NCBI GenBank assembly: GCA_003344405.1 | Contig: NOWV01000012.1 | Location: 868,001 to 932,000, forward strand | Source: Trichoplax sp. H2 | Lineage: Eukaryota | Direction of reading: 5' to 3' | DNA length: 64,000 bases | Shown here: in pieces, positions 13,821-28,069 of the stretch | How the letters are laid out: each line of letters begins with the position of its first letter | Position numbering within the stretch: position 1 is the first letter of the stretch | The notes under the pieces: generated by a model | What the model saw: the letters and a program-made list of their open reading frames with translations, nothing else | Database searches by the model: none | What the model was told of the DNA's origin: nothing | Translations under genes and position numbers: made by a program

Positions 13821-15583
13821 AATTTTACAATGAATGAGCAAATTTACAGTCTGACTAATGGAGGTAACTCGCGTGCTCCAGGTAAAAATGGAAGCACTGT
13901 GGTCCATGTCCGATAGAGATAGTACAGTCATAGATCTCTAGATTGCAAATACTATATACATGGTGTACCATGGTACAGTAAACGAGTATGGAGACAAAAA
14001 AAAAAAACACGTATCGATGGTATCCTGTTGGTACTGTAATAAATACAATTAGAATTAATAAAACATCTTGCGAACACACTTGACCGTTGCAATATAAATA
14101 AGGTCCAAATCGTGCAAATCGCAGCCAAGCGGCTATCGGTCAAGTCCACTAATACTTAATGATTAAGTAGTTGCAGATGCTACCTATCTACTTTATGATT
14201 TGTAAATATCTCTTCTATAAGAAACATAAATGAAGTTCTCTACTAAGGACAACGACTGCACTGTACAAACGCCATCGAGAGATTCATATCCAATGTCCAG
14301 TTATCAACTCATTGCTGATTGCTATAAACTAAACACATGGTGTAGTCTACAATGTTTTCTCTCTAAAACGATCAAGTACCATCATCAGTCGAATTTAGCA
14401 AGCTATCTTTAAAGAACTATACAACATGTATTGGCAACACGACAATACCTGCGTACCTTATTATGCTGAATTATTGTAAAGGTCATGTACTAGTCCTTCT
14501 TATAACCCCGTTATGTTACTGACGAATAGCGCCTTTTACAATTATAAACGTCAGTATTAACAATCTCTAACATACGAGTTATAGTAGTCAGTTCTAAATC
14601 AATTTGTACATAAATTCAGTCCAAATTACTAAAATATCATCTTTGTTACCTAAAAAGATCTCTACGCATTTAAAAAATTTTTAACCAAAATTTCTTTGTA
14701 TATACTGTAATTTCTAGTTTTTATTGCACGCTTAATTAAATTAATCAATGCGTAAGTATATTATCAACCCTAATAAACCATAATTGCAAGCTTTTGCTAA
14801 GCATATTATTATTAATTATCGTCAACGATTTGGAAATTATCTACGAATCAATATTTGCTAGTAAAATTATTTCATTAATCGATAATACCAGTTAATGATT
14901 ATTATAAATTAAGCAACAAAAGATATTACACGATATGGTAAGACACCTTACATTTGCTAATTTCATTACTACAGTTATCAATAGTGACTAAGGCCTTAAT
15001 TAATTAATTTATGTGTTTTTTAGTAATTATAATTCCTAGAACAATTATCATTACTGTAAATAGCTATAAATAAATATTATCACGCCACTGCGGCCGTCTC
15101 TTGTAGTCATCGACGTCACTACAATAATGATGAAATTAAATTAAATTATTAACTATTGCATAGGCTGTATTGGCACTATTACTAATTAATCAAGTCAATA
15201 TTTGGATACAGAAAAAGGCGTTTTAGCCCAGGAAAATTATTTGTTATAGAGTAATAAAATCAATACAATATATCAAATTTTATATTAGCGCCAGCAATCC
15301 AATTACCCAAAAGCAAATTCGTAGTTTTAACTTCGTATTACATTATTCAGCGTTAAATGTTGATACACCAGTGTTATGTGTGATAGACTGGTAATGTCTA
15401 GGAGATTAAAGAAGTGGACTCCACGCATCAGGCTACTTTGCTGTGCCTAACCGAGTATTGCATGATTAACCTAGGGTCGCAACAGAGAACATAACGACCA
15501 GCAATTTTAACTCAGTTATACTGTAGATTCTACATACGTACTTGGTAGCAGTTATAATTAACAAAGTGATAGAGCCACGCAGT

Positions 15584-16535
15584 ATGGCGAATCAAACTGG
15601 AAATTTTACTATAAAACAAATTTACAGTGGGGAAATTTATGTTTACGCTATCATCAGCGCTATTACTTTTCTTACCAATACTATCATGTTCTGCTTTATT
15701 GTCTTTGAGCGTAAAATGCACATCATGTCTAATTGGATTTTGGCTAGTATGTTTTGCCCTGGTATTATTTACGCTTTGGCTTATTTATTGCCCCCGTTGG
15801 GTTATGTTTGTACCGTGGGATCTACTTGATAGCTACGCTTGCCAAATTTTGCCTTTGTTAGGCTCTGCTTTAATTATAAATTTTAACTTGCATTTGGTAT
15901 TAGTTAGCTTAGATCGTTACTGCTGTATTTTATTTCCCTTTCAATATAATATGCCTCAAGCTTCAGTCATTACTCGATGGGCAACTTTTGCTGTATGGTT
16001 AATCAGCTTCGCCTCGGCTTCCATACCACTGTTCACATTCTTTGTTCCAATACCTGGCATGTGTATTATTCAGCTTAATAGCCGCTCTTTTCATATTTAT
16101 ACCCTCAGTGCTTATATTGCACTTTTTTACGTGCCGATATTTATTTTAGGACTTGTTCACTCTAGAATCCTTTGGACTGTTAGTATCCATACCAAGCGCC
16201 GCCATGAAATTTTTGCACTCAATAACTCTATTCCAACATCTGTTTTACGACGCAATCTGCGTGCTATTACTTACATGGCGATTTTAATTGGACTCTTTTT
16301 GATATTTTGGCTACCAGCTATGATCTACTATGCTATCCTCTTCCCAACAATACATTTAGGTATAAGCATAAAGCAGGTTAGTATAGGAAACATATTGCGC
16401 TATATTTCTTTATCTTATCCAGCAATCAATCCAATTCTTCATGCATATTTTACTCCATGTATACGATCGGAGATCTCTAGAAAATTGGCAAGAGCAACTT
16501 GCAAAACTGAACACAAACGCAATGTATTTGTCTGA
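15584..16535 (+). pseudogene. Intronless class A GPCR split by one extra base (pseudogene or sequencing error)
   Basis: MANQTGNFT, TM1 and TM2 in one frame; TM3 SLDRY, TM5 FYVP, TM6 FWLP and TM7 NPILH in another. Removing one C from CCCCC at 15791-15795 joins them (..YLLP-RWVMF..). Confidence 0.88.
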
Positions 16536-17426
16536 CTAGAATACTCCGAAAAATAATGTTGTATAGGTAGAACAGCTACCGTACTATTATAAATTAATCT
16601 ACCATAGTACACTAGTTGTATTAGCTACCAGCGTCGAATATTTATACACCATTATAGTTACATACTAAATTGCAAAACCCCTTGATGCAAATATATGACA
16701 AATATCAACTCACTTCACTTCTTAGATTCCTTTGTTCCGAATAATCATCTATTAAAATGGCATTAAACTTAATTTTGCTTCACGATGAAAAGCAATTCCA
16801 CGTCAATCATTATTCGATTATATTCAAGATATTTAAAGTGGTCAAACTATATGAAGCGAGCATATTTCTTAAAGAATGCATACTATCTTATTATGAGAAT
16901 ATGCTACAAGATCGAATAAGAATTTCTTTAAAATTCTCCGAATCTCAATTGAATCAAAGTCATCATTCCCGATATACTGTACCTATTAAATAGTTTAAAA
17001 TTCAGGACCTTTTAAGGGCTTGCATTAAAATTTAAGTTAAAGAATATTTAATAACTATGGTTAAAAATTCCAAAATAATTCTATCATACCTGGTTTAAAC
17101 TAATAATAAAATTTTGTTGATTTTAGATAATAAAAATATGGTCCTATCTTTAGATAAAGTCTCGATTAAAATAATTCATTAATCTTACCTAAAGATTAGT
17201 AAGTTTCAAGTATTCAGTTAATTATTGATTAGTACTTTATAAGCACGATTCAGTTCATGAATAAAGGTAAATTCGAATCGAAATTGAACCGTGAACAGTC
17301 TACTATCCGCCTGTAGAAATGCTTATGCTTATACATTTGTTTTAGAATCTGATCTTGTGGATTTACATTTAAAAAGTTTCCTTCTAATTTAAACTATATC
17401 ATCATTAGAATTGTTTATAAATCTTA

Positions 17427-17884
17427 ATGCTTGTCGACAATAAAACTATAATATTAAATTATGTATTCAGAATTCTCCGTTCGATGATTATCGCAGTTAT
17501 TGCAGTTAGGATTACAGATTTCGTATCTTTCTCAGCTCTCAGGGATGCTCTTATTTTTCGTTTGCTATCTATTATTCTTGAGTGTTACATCTATTACTTG
17601 ATGGCATGCGAAAGATATATCTTCAAGAAGGATAAGATCTTTAGGCAATTAGATTTATTGTCTCATTTTACGGCTATATAAATTGTGCTATCATCATTTA
17701 CATGATATCTGATATACGTACAATATCATGCATCATTACCGTTGGCAATGAAAAAACTATTATAACTAATAATACATTCTTGCGTATATTTGCTGCATTT
17801 ATAAAAAGAATACCTGAGACTTATTTAGAAAGTAAAATTATACTTATACCATTTATAATGTTTTGGCGTATGTTTCTATACTAA
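17427..17884 (+). pseudogene. Possible decayed class A GPCR fragment
   Basis: Hydrophobic ORF with YYLMACERYIF (TM3-like ERY), then TAI*IVLSS where the TM4 Trp is expected, then a frameshift. Confidence 0.3.
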
Positions 17885-19539
17885 CTATACAGTCCTGTTC
17901 TCGTATACATACTGTACATACCTGTATACTGAGTGTACAGTATACACGAGACTGTCATAAATTTTACTTTTTTTCCTACCCTAGATGAATCAAGCTGTAT
18001 TTTTTTTAGGTAAATAGGTAGTAGTTATTTCGGTTATAGTATAATTTAATAAAGTAGAATACTTATGCAGTTGAGCATTAATATTTTTTTTGAAATTATT
18101 TTTACTTTAATAAAGCATTAGTATACATTTTAATAATGGCCGTATGCTACTGAAATAACTTTTTATATTGTCAGCTTGAATCTGACTAGTAAAATTCCAT
18201 TAACTAAGCTCTAGTCATTGTCTATAGAATTTCCTAACCTTACTATATCATGCATAACGCTTAACTACATGTAAATTTTTAAGTTTTGAATCTGATTCTT
18301 GAAATATTGGATCGGAAATCAAGATTCTTTCTGCGGTTGCTTTATCGAATTGGATTTTCATTATATATCTAAATTGTTGCTAACTGTTCTATTGAGTAAG
18401 GCCTGATTCAATTACATTCTACAAGAGAAATATATATCTTTATTCAAATCTTAATCGTTTTCGAGCGAATGACAGTTAAGCAATATCATGGGATGAATTT
18501 ATCCGTTGCATAGAAGGGAAAAAATTAAACTAAATTTCATTGTACAAAACTGGTAATAGTCCATCGGCTCGATAGCGAGATACAGACTCTAGTAGTATAC
18601 GGTAATCATCATAATAATGTTGATAATGAGCTACAATGAATACTGCATAGTGGTAATTATTGTATTTTACAGTATTCAAGCACGGTTTTTAAAAGTAGTT
18701 GTAACTATAAATTAGTTTAGAGAATAAAACAGGGCCCTGGTATGTGATCTTGTAATTATTAGTAAATTTATAAAAGTCTTGTTAGTTTAAACTGTAAACA
18801 AGGTTATACGTTATTATCTAATTTATTTGCGAACTATTAAATCTTCACGTATCTATCCAATAAATATGACAGTACCTTTTATTTTCTAATTTATTCAATT
18901 TTCTTTACATCTCATAGAGTGACAAAAGAACTTACATCTTTCCTAATTTTAATAAGTCACTATGAACTTCATTCTTACAGTAAAGCGATACCAATTCCGA
19001 TATTCTGAAAATTACTGTACTCGTTTTGTTACTTCTTGTCCTTTCGGATTGGTTATAATTTCCTGAATATACTGAAATACTCGTTAATGAATTTATCTGC
19101 AATAGCTTAGGATGGTCTCTGTAATTATACTTGATGTCGATGACGATAAGCGAGAAAAGTAGGACTAGCATAAGAACGCTTTACTATTGCCATTGAAACC
19201 AGATAATTCTATATTTGGCGTGGGCCTTGAATAAAGTTCTAACCTTTACATCATTCCTTCGAAAATAGAAAATTTGAATTGAAAATTAATAATTTATCTG
19301 CTAGCATTTATTAATGTGAATATGTTATTAGTATTAGCAGTGCATAGCTGTTCAAATAAAAGGAGCTTTTTATTTCACAATAATGAAGATAAGTGGATAT
19401 ACTAGAATGTTCTGTGACTTATTGATTGGCAGAGCGAACTCCTTAGTATTAAGAAGGTGACTAGATGCAGTCATGCAGATATCAGATGCTATAGAGTTTC
19501 TTTTGATAAAGTAATGATAATGAAGTTTAGTTCCAAAGG

Positions 19540-20280
19540 TGCAAGCCTTAGCCTTGACTTACCTAAGAATATAATAATGGGAGTCAATAATTATTTACTT
19601 CAACCTCTAAATCGTGTTGATGAGCATTGCAAGTAAAATATCGTATCTCATTCTCGGGGAGAAGAGTAACATGAGTAGCGTAAAATTACTACCCCTAGTA
19701 CATTTAATTGTTGTTTAAAATTCCCTTTTCACTTGTAAGGAGACATGACTTGAACCAAATAGAATCGAAAAGGGAGTAGAAATATCACAGCTACTGTGGG
19801 AAATAGTCACATAGTAGAAAGAAATTTCCAACTAGTGAGGCTATACGCCGCGCGTGTACAATAAAAAGGCATTATGCAGTACAATATCGAACGAAAGGAA
19901 TGTCGAAAATAGTATCGGCAGTGTAATAGATTAGAGTTCGAGGAAGTAATGAGAGCCAGATAAGTTAAAGAGAGTTTGCTATAAAGATGGTTACATATGA
20001 GCGAATTTTCAGAGTCTTACACATAAAGTATCATCAAAGTATAATAATATAAGAGTAATAGAGTGAAGAGAGAGAATGACGTACTGTAATAATATTAGTT
20101 AATATGTAATAGGCAGGACTTAGAAGAGGCATTTTTGGATACTATATATAATTTGGGTTACGGGTATTAATCTGCATAACAAAGTAATAAAAATAAGAAT
20201 AGACACGGGAGCTCAGATGACGGTAATCGTAGAGGAAACGTTTAAAAACTTAGGCAAGATTAAACTAATTAAATCATCAA
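19540..20280 (-). pseudogene. Decayed class A GPCR
   Basis: With stops and frameshifts, motifs appear in order: LILLYFD(R)YFMCKTLKIRSYVT, LIWLSLLP, VIFLLPF, QLNVLGVVIL, LTPIIIFLGKSRLR (TM3 to TM7/helix 8). Confidence 0.55.
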
Positions 20281-21678
20281 GATCTCTATTTGGTCCAAAT
20301 CGTATCCCCTAAAGTAAAATGGGATTTTCAAACGACAATTGAATTTACTATGGGGCTGCAATTTTGCGCTACGCATGTTATTTTTCTTAGTGAGAATCCC
20401 GTTTCTGACGCCATGTATGAATTTTTATTTACGAACATGATGCGTTCATGGCTCGCAGCCCTTACAGAGAAAAAGAATTGAAAAATGTATTCCCTTACAC
20501 GCGGTCCTTGCCTTAAACATCTGTCTATCGTTACGTACTTACTATCATGTACAATAATAGGTGGTACACTTATCCATGGGCTACTAGAAGAAAGTCTAGA
20601 TAATCTGCTAGTATTACTGTATATTTCATATTCTTTAAGTTATTAGTATTATTTGGTAAAAACTTAGTAAGAATGACTTAGTAATATATATATTAAGAAA
20701 ATTGTATTTTCACTACAATTACGACTCTTCGGAGGGATAAAATGATTAATGTAAATATCACAAAAAAATCGATGTCACAATAATTGTACTATTAATTATA
20801 TTATATAATTACTACATTTAAGAAAAATTAAAGTACTTTCAAAATAAAAACTACATTATATTAAAAACTGACACAATTGATATGATATATCAACCACATG
20901 ATTTTATTTCCTTTATGAAATTCGATATAAAATAGTGGTATAAGGGAAGCGCATCTATAACCAACTAGCAGCTCATCAGCATCATTACCATGAAATACTT
21001 GTATAAGCATTCAATACAGAGCGTACTCAATAACAAGCTTTCTTAACAGCTACAGTATATTAGCTTTAAGTTAACAAGCGAAATAACAATGACTATTGAT
21101 TAATTATTAGTGTCGGCTAAAATAAAAAGCTTTTAACGATGATATTCTGTAATACCACCAATCTTATCCTGACCTAAGAATATGAGAAACCTTTGCTTCA
21201 ATTCTATTCTAAATACGTTAACTAAATTCAATCAATAAATAGAATCCTACATGACTTTCACCCTGAAATATAGTCAAATCTAAATTAAAGAGCAATGATC
21301 ATCAGGGATAAGGTCTGCAATGGCTAATATGGCATCTTAACTTGAATGCACTTCTAATTTACCTAAGTTCGCTATGTCCTAGCAGATACTGTATCAGTAA
21401 CGACTAATAGCCTTTTTTAAAAATCTCCATATAAAAGTATTGAATAAGTGTCGCCGACTACTGACATCATTCTTCAGAGTAGTTGATCAATGTGATCTTA
21501 ATAAAATATTCATATAAAGCGATTAAATATTAGTCAGCTTTGAAATACAAGTAGCAAACAAGTGCAATTTTCAGATGTGTAACGTTATCAATAGTACAAA
21601 TAGGAAGAAATTAAAAATTAAAACAGATTAATAATTATTTATATTAGTAATAGCGAAATTATTGCCTTCTACAATACA

Positions 21679-23313
21679 TTATTTTGTTTGAAATTGATTA
21701 GCTAATTTACTTAATTTGGCATGTTTGACTCTCGGTGTATGAATGATTGGATTCAATGCAGCATTGGTATAAGTAAATAGGAGAGTAACAGTTTTTATCC
21801 AAGCTGGTATTATCGCCATAGAATTGAGTATAACCGAGACGGTAAGAATAATAGTAAAAGGCGTCCAACAAATTATCATAGAGATAATGTTGCCTCTTAA
21901 AACTTTAACATTAACTAAGATATGCTTTTTGGAGCGAATTGATGCTAATCTATCCAACAGAATTCTTGATCGCCGAAATGCTCTTGCTCTGTAACGATAT
22001 CGGGGCGTTGGTGCCTTATTTCTATTTGAAGAAGGAGATTCATTTTCGGTACAAAGTTGGCCATTATTTCGATGGTTTTTGCCTTCGAAATTATCTATAG
22101 CTGTCGATATCATGGAAGTACCTGTAACGCATCGTGCACGTGAAACTGGAGCCATATCTTTCAAGTCTGTTAACGCAATAGTGGTAGATGCTACCGAAAC
22201 CGGCGTTTTACTATCATCTCGATCTTTAGCAATTGAAGTATTATCGTGATGATATTCAGGCTCAGTTTGAGTATCGGTTTTACTCCTTTCGATATTATTG
22301 TCATCAGGGAATACATTGCTTTCTGGTAGTACCATTTGATTATTTGATGATTTCTTAATTTGATCTACAACTTCATCTGAAGCACTAGTGTCTACTTTCA
22401 AACGGGTACTTCCTCGATGGAGGCGACGACGATGAAATGGAGCGGTTACGGACGAAAATATAGACCAAAAATTAGGACTGTCATGATTTTTGGGGGACTT
22501 GGATGATTTCGAAATTTGATGAGATGGTATTACATTATCATCACATACATAATATGGTTGATCGCTATGTGAGGATCTTAATTCAAGGTGATCCGAAGTG
22601 GAATAACTACCTTTCTGCTTCATCATTTTTCGCAATTGTTGCCTGGCTGTAATAACGTTAGCTTTTATCTTAAGATAACATATTATTAAGATGATCAAGG
22701 GTATTAAGTAAGCTGCTGAATTAATAACAAGCAGTATAACTAGACTGATGGATTGATTACTGGACCACTCATAAAAACAGTTATTACCATTACTAGAATC
22801 GTTTGTTAATCGAATCAGGGGCAAGCTGGCAACCAAAAAAGCAAGCATCCAAATCGTAATTACTGAATAGCAACCATTGCGTTTAGTAAATATGCTTGCA
22901 TACTTCATGGCACGAAGAGAAGCGTAATAACGGTCGAAAGCTACAGCCGCTAGACTCATGTTAGCAGCAATAGTTAAGACCATGTTAATGGCACCAATTA
23001 TTTCGCACCCTGCATGACCAAATGAATGATTAGGTTGCAAAATAGTGTAGAGATTTAAAGGCATAATAGTGCCAGCCTTTATTAAGTTAGCGCTAGCTAA
23101 ATTGCTAACGTGTAATTTAGATACGATGCTTAACGAATGACATTTTCGGAGCGTAGCAAGCATAAAAAGATTACCCAAGAAAGCAATAATTAGAATGATA
23201 GATAGCAAGATAGAAAAGACAATATGAGTAGCCAAGTTGGTATCAGGATAAGATAAATTTTGATTCCCAGTACTGTTAATGTCATCATTCGGGTTATAAG
23301 TAGTTCTTTCCAT
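21679..23313 (-). CDS. Intronless class A orphan GPCR, 544 aa, very long third intracellular loop
   Basis: FLGN (TM1), LASAN (TM2), GCEI..AFDRYY (TM3), IW..LP (TM4), YLIP..CY (TM5), CWTPF (TM6), ALNPIIH (TM7); N-terminal NST and NLS sequons. Confidence 0.95.
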   Translation of the reverse strand: MERTTYNPNDDINSTGNQNLSYPDTNLATHIVFSILLSIILIIAFLGNLFMLATLRKCHSLSIVSKLHVSNLASANLIKAGTIMPLNLYTILQPNHSFGHAGCEIIGAINMVLTIAANMSLAAVAFDRYYASLRAMKYASIFTKRNGCYSVITIWMLAFLVASLPLIRLTNDSSNGNNCFYEWSSNQSISLVILLVINSAAYLIPLIILIICYLKIKANVITARQQLRKMMKQKGSYSTSDHLELRSSHSDQPYYVCDDNVIPSHQISKSSKSPKNHDSPNFWSIFSSVTAPFHRRRLHRGSTRLKVDTSASDEVVDQIKKSSNNQMVLPESNVFPDDNNIERSKTDTQTEPEYHHDNTSIAKDRDDSKTPVSVASTTIALTDLKDMAPVSRARCVTGTSMISTAIDNFEGKNHRNNGQLCTENESPSSNRNKAPTPRYRYRARAFRRSRILLDRLASIRSKKHILVNVKVLRGNIISMIICWTPFTIILTVSVILNSMAIIPAWIKTVTLLFTYTNAALNPIIHTPRVKHAKLSKLANQFQTK

Positions 23314-26300
23314 TTATTTTAATTATTCTGTTATTTTATCTTCTGCTATCGGAAGATTATCTTTCGAAATTCAATTGTATCAATACAGGGAATCTAAATT
23401 CTTGATATCAAAGATAATGATATCGCTATTTGATGATGTTACTTTAGCTGACGATCTTTTACCTCGCTCATTCCAATGTTGTCGATCCTGCAACTATCCA
23501 AAAATATATAATTTACAATTAATACTGAGTGATATTGACGTGATGATCTTTATTTATTTAATTAGCGTATAGAATTCTAACTACTCTAGGTTCTTGGTTA
23601 TGTTTGATTAAGATAACTCAATTTAATGTTTTAAGACAGAATATGCCGTATTCGATTAAAGTTCTAAATAGGCTGCTGTATCATAGGTTATAAAATTTCT
23701 ATTTTCAAATGGATATATCAGCTCTTTTTGGCAGTACTAAAATGCCGTGACGTGACAGGAAAAATATTACAGTTATAGAACGGGAATCTTATGTAAAGTT
23801 AAAAGAAATATTTTTCATTTCGTGCCAGGTATGACTAGCTCAATTGAAGTATTATACGTATAGCAACCGGCTACTTGAAAATATTCAACAGCAGGCTCTA
23901 CATTTAATGCGATAATGTGAAATAATGTTGCTAAATATGTGTATCAAAGTAGCATTTACTGCTTAACTTGGGTGTATTGCTACTAGTTCTTGAACCTTTC
24001 CGTCGTTTTATCTATTAAGTTAAATTGCGAAAACAAATAATTAATGCATACGTGCGTTAACTTATGAATTAAGGATTTCTTATGTTTTATCAAACAAGAG
24101 CGGATTAGCTATTGCGAAGAATTTATTATCAAAATTTTTCATAAATTTGATTTTTAAAATTAGCCAAGCGATGCTCAGAGAACGGATAGATGTGTTAATA
24201 ACAATCATGCCTCGTGCAATACTCCATTCAAATCATTACAGAAATATAACTACGGGTATGCTCTTGTCGTAGTTCTTTTCTCGACAATAGTAAATCTGTT
24301 AGCTCTGCTGTAATTTCAGAGAAAACATATGCGCTGTAGACAGTAGCATTATAAACTATAAGATTTCATATCTCAATATCACTTTTAAACATTCTAAGTT
24401 TCTGATTAAATTTGATCGCTGTTAGACTATCAACTTATTAATAAGAGTATTTTACATCAATCACGTTACCGATAGAATGTTCACATGAATACAACAGTTG
24501 TAAGATTCTCTTGACATGCATTGACAAGAAAGATGTTATGGAAAAGCATTGTAATATTTTTGTGTGATGAGAAATATACGAAGAAATCGATGTTTACGAA
24601 ATGGATTAAAACCATTATACTAACTGATGAAGAAAGAGTACGAACGACATTTACTATATGTTGAAAGAAAAGTACTAATTTAGAAAATAAAGGTTAGATA
24701 TTATCATCTATTAACCTTTGATACAATTTTACATTCATTCGAGATGTGAGTACATATTAAGAATCAATTCAATATTCAGTGACAAAAGATTCTTTAAAAA
24801 TGCCATAACTGACATTACTTATAATGATTGTATCTACCACGGTGCTACGAAGGTTACCAAATAGTCTAATATGAATCTCTTGAATAACATTGAAAGTGAT
24901 ATTTCATTTAATTTTTATCTATAATTATAATGAATCAATTATTAAAATAATAAATGGAATGTATTTATATTATAGTAAAATTGGAAATATCATTCAAAGT
25001 AAAATGGGTTGTAAGAATACGTTTAACTGCAGGCAGGCTAACACGAGTTAGAAAATAGTACAGCGATATAAAATCTCTTAATGCGTTAGCATTGAATGAT
25101 TTGGTGAATGATTTATATGATATCGCGCCAGAGCTTAGGAAAGAAATCAGATGAACAGTTATTGTAAACTTTCTGTTAAAGAAATCAACTATAATTGTAG
25201 TGTAAGAGTACATGATATTTAAATCTGATATAAGTAGCACTGATAGAGCACCACTGCCCGAAGGCTCGTAGATTACAATAAAGTCAGATATTTGTTTTAA
25301 AATTGTTGCGAATGGGTGATTATTAACGACTCTGTTAGTAATAGTTCACTCAAAAATGTATCCTGTAAGAGATTGCTTGTATTTACGATAAAATGACTCC
25401 TATAGCTATTTATGAGCATATAATAAAATAGTTTCATTTCTTAGTTACTATAGTAAAGTGGCAAATTATCAATGTTACGGACAAGATGCTCATTCAATCC
25501 CTTTATTTGCTGTCTATAATGCTAACGTTAAATATTCCAGAGCAATGTTGAAAACGAAATGCAAAAAGATAACACCTAACCACGAGTTAGCAATATTGCA
25601 ATATTCCATGGGTTTTTAGGCTTTAAGAATTGAGTTGTAATTATTCTTGGAGACTATGAATTACATTTCCGCATTTTCATTAGCCTATTATTCTGCTTGT
25701 GTAGTTTTCAAAATTGAACTTAAAATTAAAATAAGAAAAGTACTTCAAAGGCTGTAGACCATATACAAAAATACGGGTGATGTACATTATCTTTCATTCT
25801 CCAGGATTCGTAGTTGCTGTTAAATGTAATAACTGGAGCGAAATTATATGGAAGACTTTGTCAATAGGAAATAGCTATATCTTATAGACAAAGAGGTTAT
25901 ACTGTACTACGTACTAGTATAAAATTAAAATTGACGGTGAAGCAACCATTGCTATAGAAGATCAGAGGTTATGGAGAGGTGTTTTAAGAGCTGATAAAAA
26001 TTGAGGAATAATAAATATTCGATAAAATCACTTACGAGTTAAATTTGTTTCACGGACTAGATATTATAAAGATATGTTTAAGAAATTTCGAATACTTAAG
26101 GAAGTTGATTTCAAAATACTATAAACAACACTTCTTAAAAATTAGATATTATCCTGGATGAACAGAAGCAAAATCGATATACGTACACGCGTGTAAAATC
26201 TGAATACTTTTCGATAGTTTCTTATTTCATCAATATCGTAAATTTTATAGATACATTAATATAAACTGTAGTTTCTTCTATCATTAATATCAGGATCGTC

Positions 26301-28069
26301 TAAAATGATGATGCATTAATTGAAGAAAGGTCTAATTGAAATAATCAGAATTTCAGAATTACGATTTTGTTGGTACTTTGGGTATTTATCATACAAACGA
26401 CTTCATTCTTTGTAATCTATTGATACAATTATAATTATTATCAGTATCTGGTCGCCGGTGCTAAATAAATACGGTTTATACTATATCAACGGAAGATAGT
26501 CAGAATAAATTTGTTGAACACGTACGACCGAATGATTATATTAACGGGTAATTCCAAAGTGCAGTCATAGTCGAAGTTCGTTTTAGTAAAGATTTGTAAT
26601 ATTCTAAGTATAATGCCTTAAGTTGGTTTAAGATAACTTCATGTGCAATTCTATGCAAGACCTAGCAAATGGTAGAAGATAGCAAATTCTATTGTATGTG
26701 GTCGAAGTAAATTATAGCTTTACTTCATTTATCAGGATGGACTGAAATACGATTAAATTTAAGTGTGCAAAAGTCATCCGATAGACATAGCTTACATTTT
26801 AATTGGATAATAGCAGATAATAATCGTAACTATGTAAAATATTATGCTGTATAATTGCTTATATTAGACAGTTTAAAAGCTAGAATTATCTAGAAATATT
26901 TACCTAATAATAGCTTGATAGAAGCTCAGCCATTAGACTATGACAGAAAAATTTGCCTCTTATAAAAATTCAGTCTCCAGGTCAATAGTTCAATTATTTC
27001 AATCTAAGCGCGAACGAAGAATTAAAGCAAAGAACTTAATTGAGTGTAGGTTGAAACTTTTCAGTGTTAATTTAATAATTTCCAAATCATTAGTATTCAA
27101 AATTTAAATTGCTGAAAATGATCTAAAAATAAATTGAATTACCACTGTTTTAAGCCTATAAATGATCAATTTTTCTGTCTGTAATATTGCTTATCAAGTT
27201 TTTGATAATATCCTGATCTTGAATTTAGTCCGTTTATATACTTTATAATATTGATTCTTATGTAAAAGAACACTGCTATTATTATTTTTCTTATTGTGTC
27301 TGTATTTAGGTTGAATGCAACTGGGGTGGAATATATGTGTATTGTACGATGTAACTGTGGTGGCTTTGTCTCTTTTAGAGTATACTTATAGGAAATATTG
27401 TATATTCACATAGGCAAATATGTAAATATGCGAAAGGAGGAAAGAATGAAAGGGTTCTATAAAGTATAATGGATTGACATTGGCTATTTCGATTATATTT
27501 TTAAAAATACGGCACTATAATTTTTCTATTACGATTAATAGATAAATGACAATTATTCATAATTTTAACCAGTCGTAGAATAACCAGGGGAAATAAATAC
27601 TAAAAAAATTAGGAAAATATAAAGAAAAATGTAATAGACGATATTAATAGTAACTTAAACGTCTTAAAAATTTTTTGACCTAATCAAACAGATATCTTAC
27701 TTGCTACCATTTTCTTCACTTTTAGACGTATTAATTATTTTCAATTATTATCGATGGCATTAAGACAATATTCTATCACGAACTTATTGAATAGTCATTA
27801 GAAAACGTTTGTTGCGATCTTTACCTTGGTTTTATTGATTGTTTATTATCATTGATCTAAGAAGACTGTATGGCAATATAATACTGTATAATTAGAGAAA
27901 ATAATTTTTTATAGTTCATAAATATTTAAGGCGACCTTTTTCTTAACTACAGTACCCTATTTTAAATAAAGTCAGTGACTACAGTATATGCAACCCAAGA
28001 TTGGTACAAAAATAGGAAATATTATCAATAGTAATAAGGATAACAATAACAAATTATAAGACAATATCA

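Noticed and set aside
24500-26300. Semi-open frames suggesting a decayed gene
   Set aside because: No recognisable family motif; needs a homology search.
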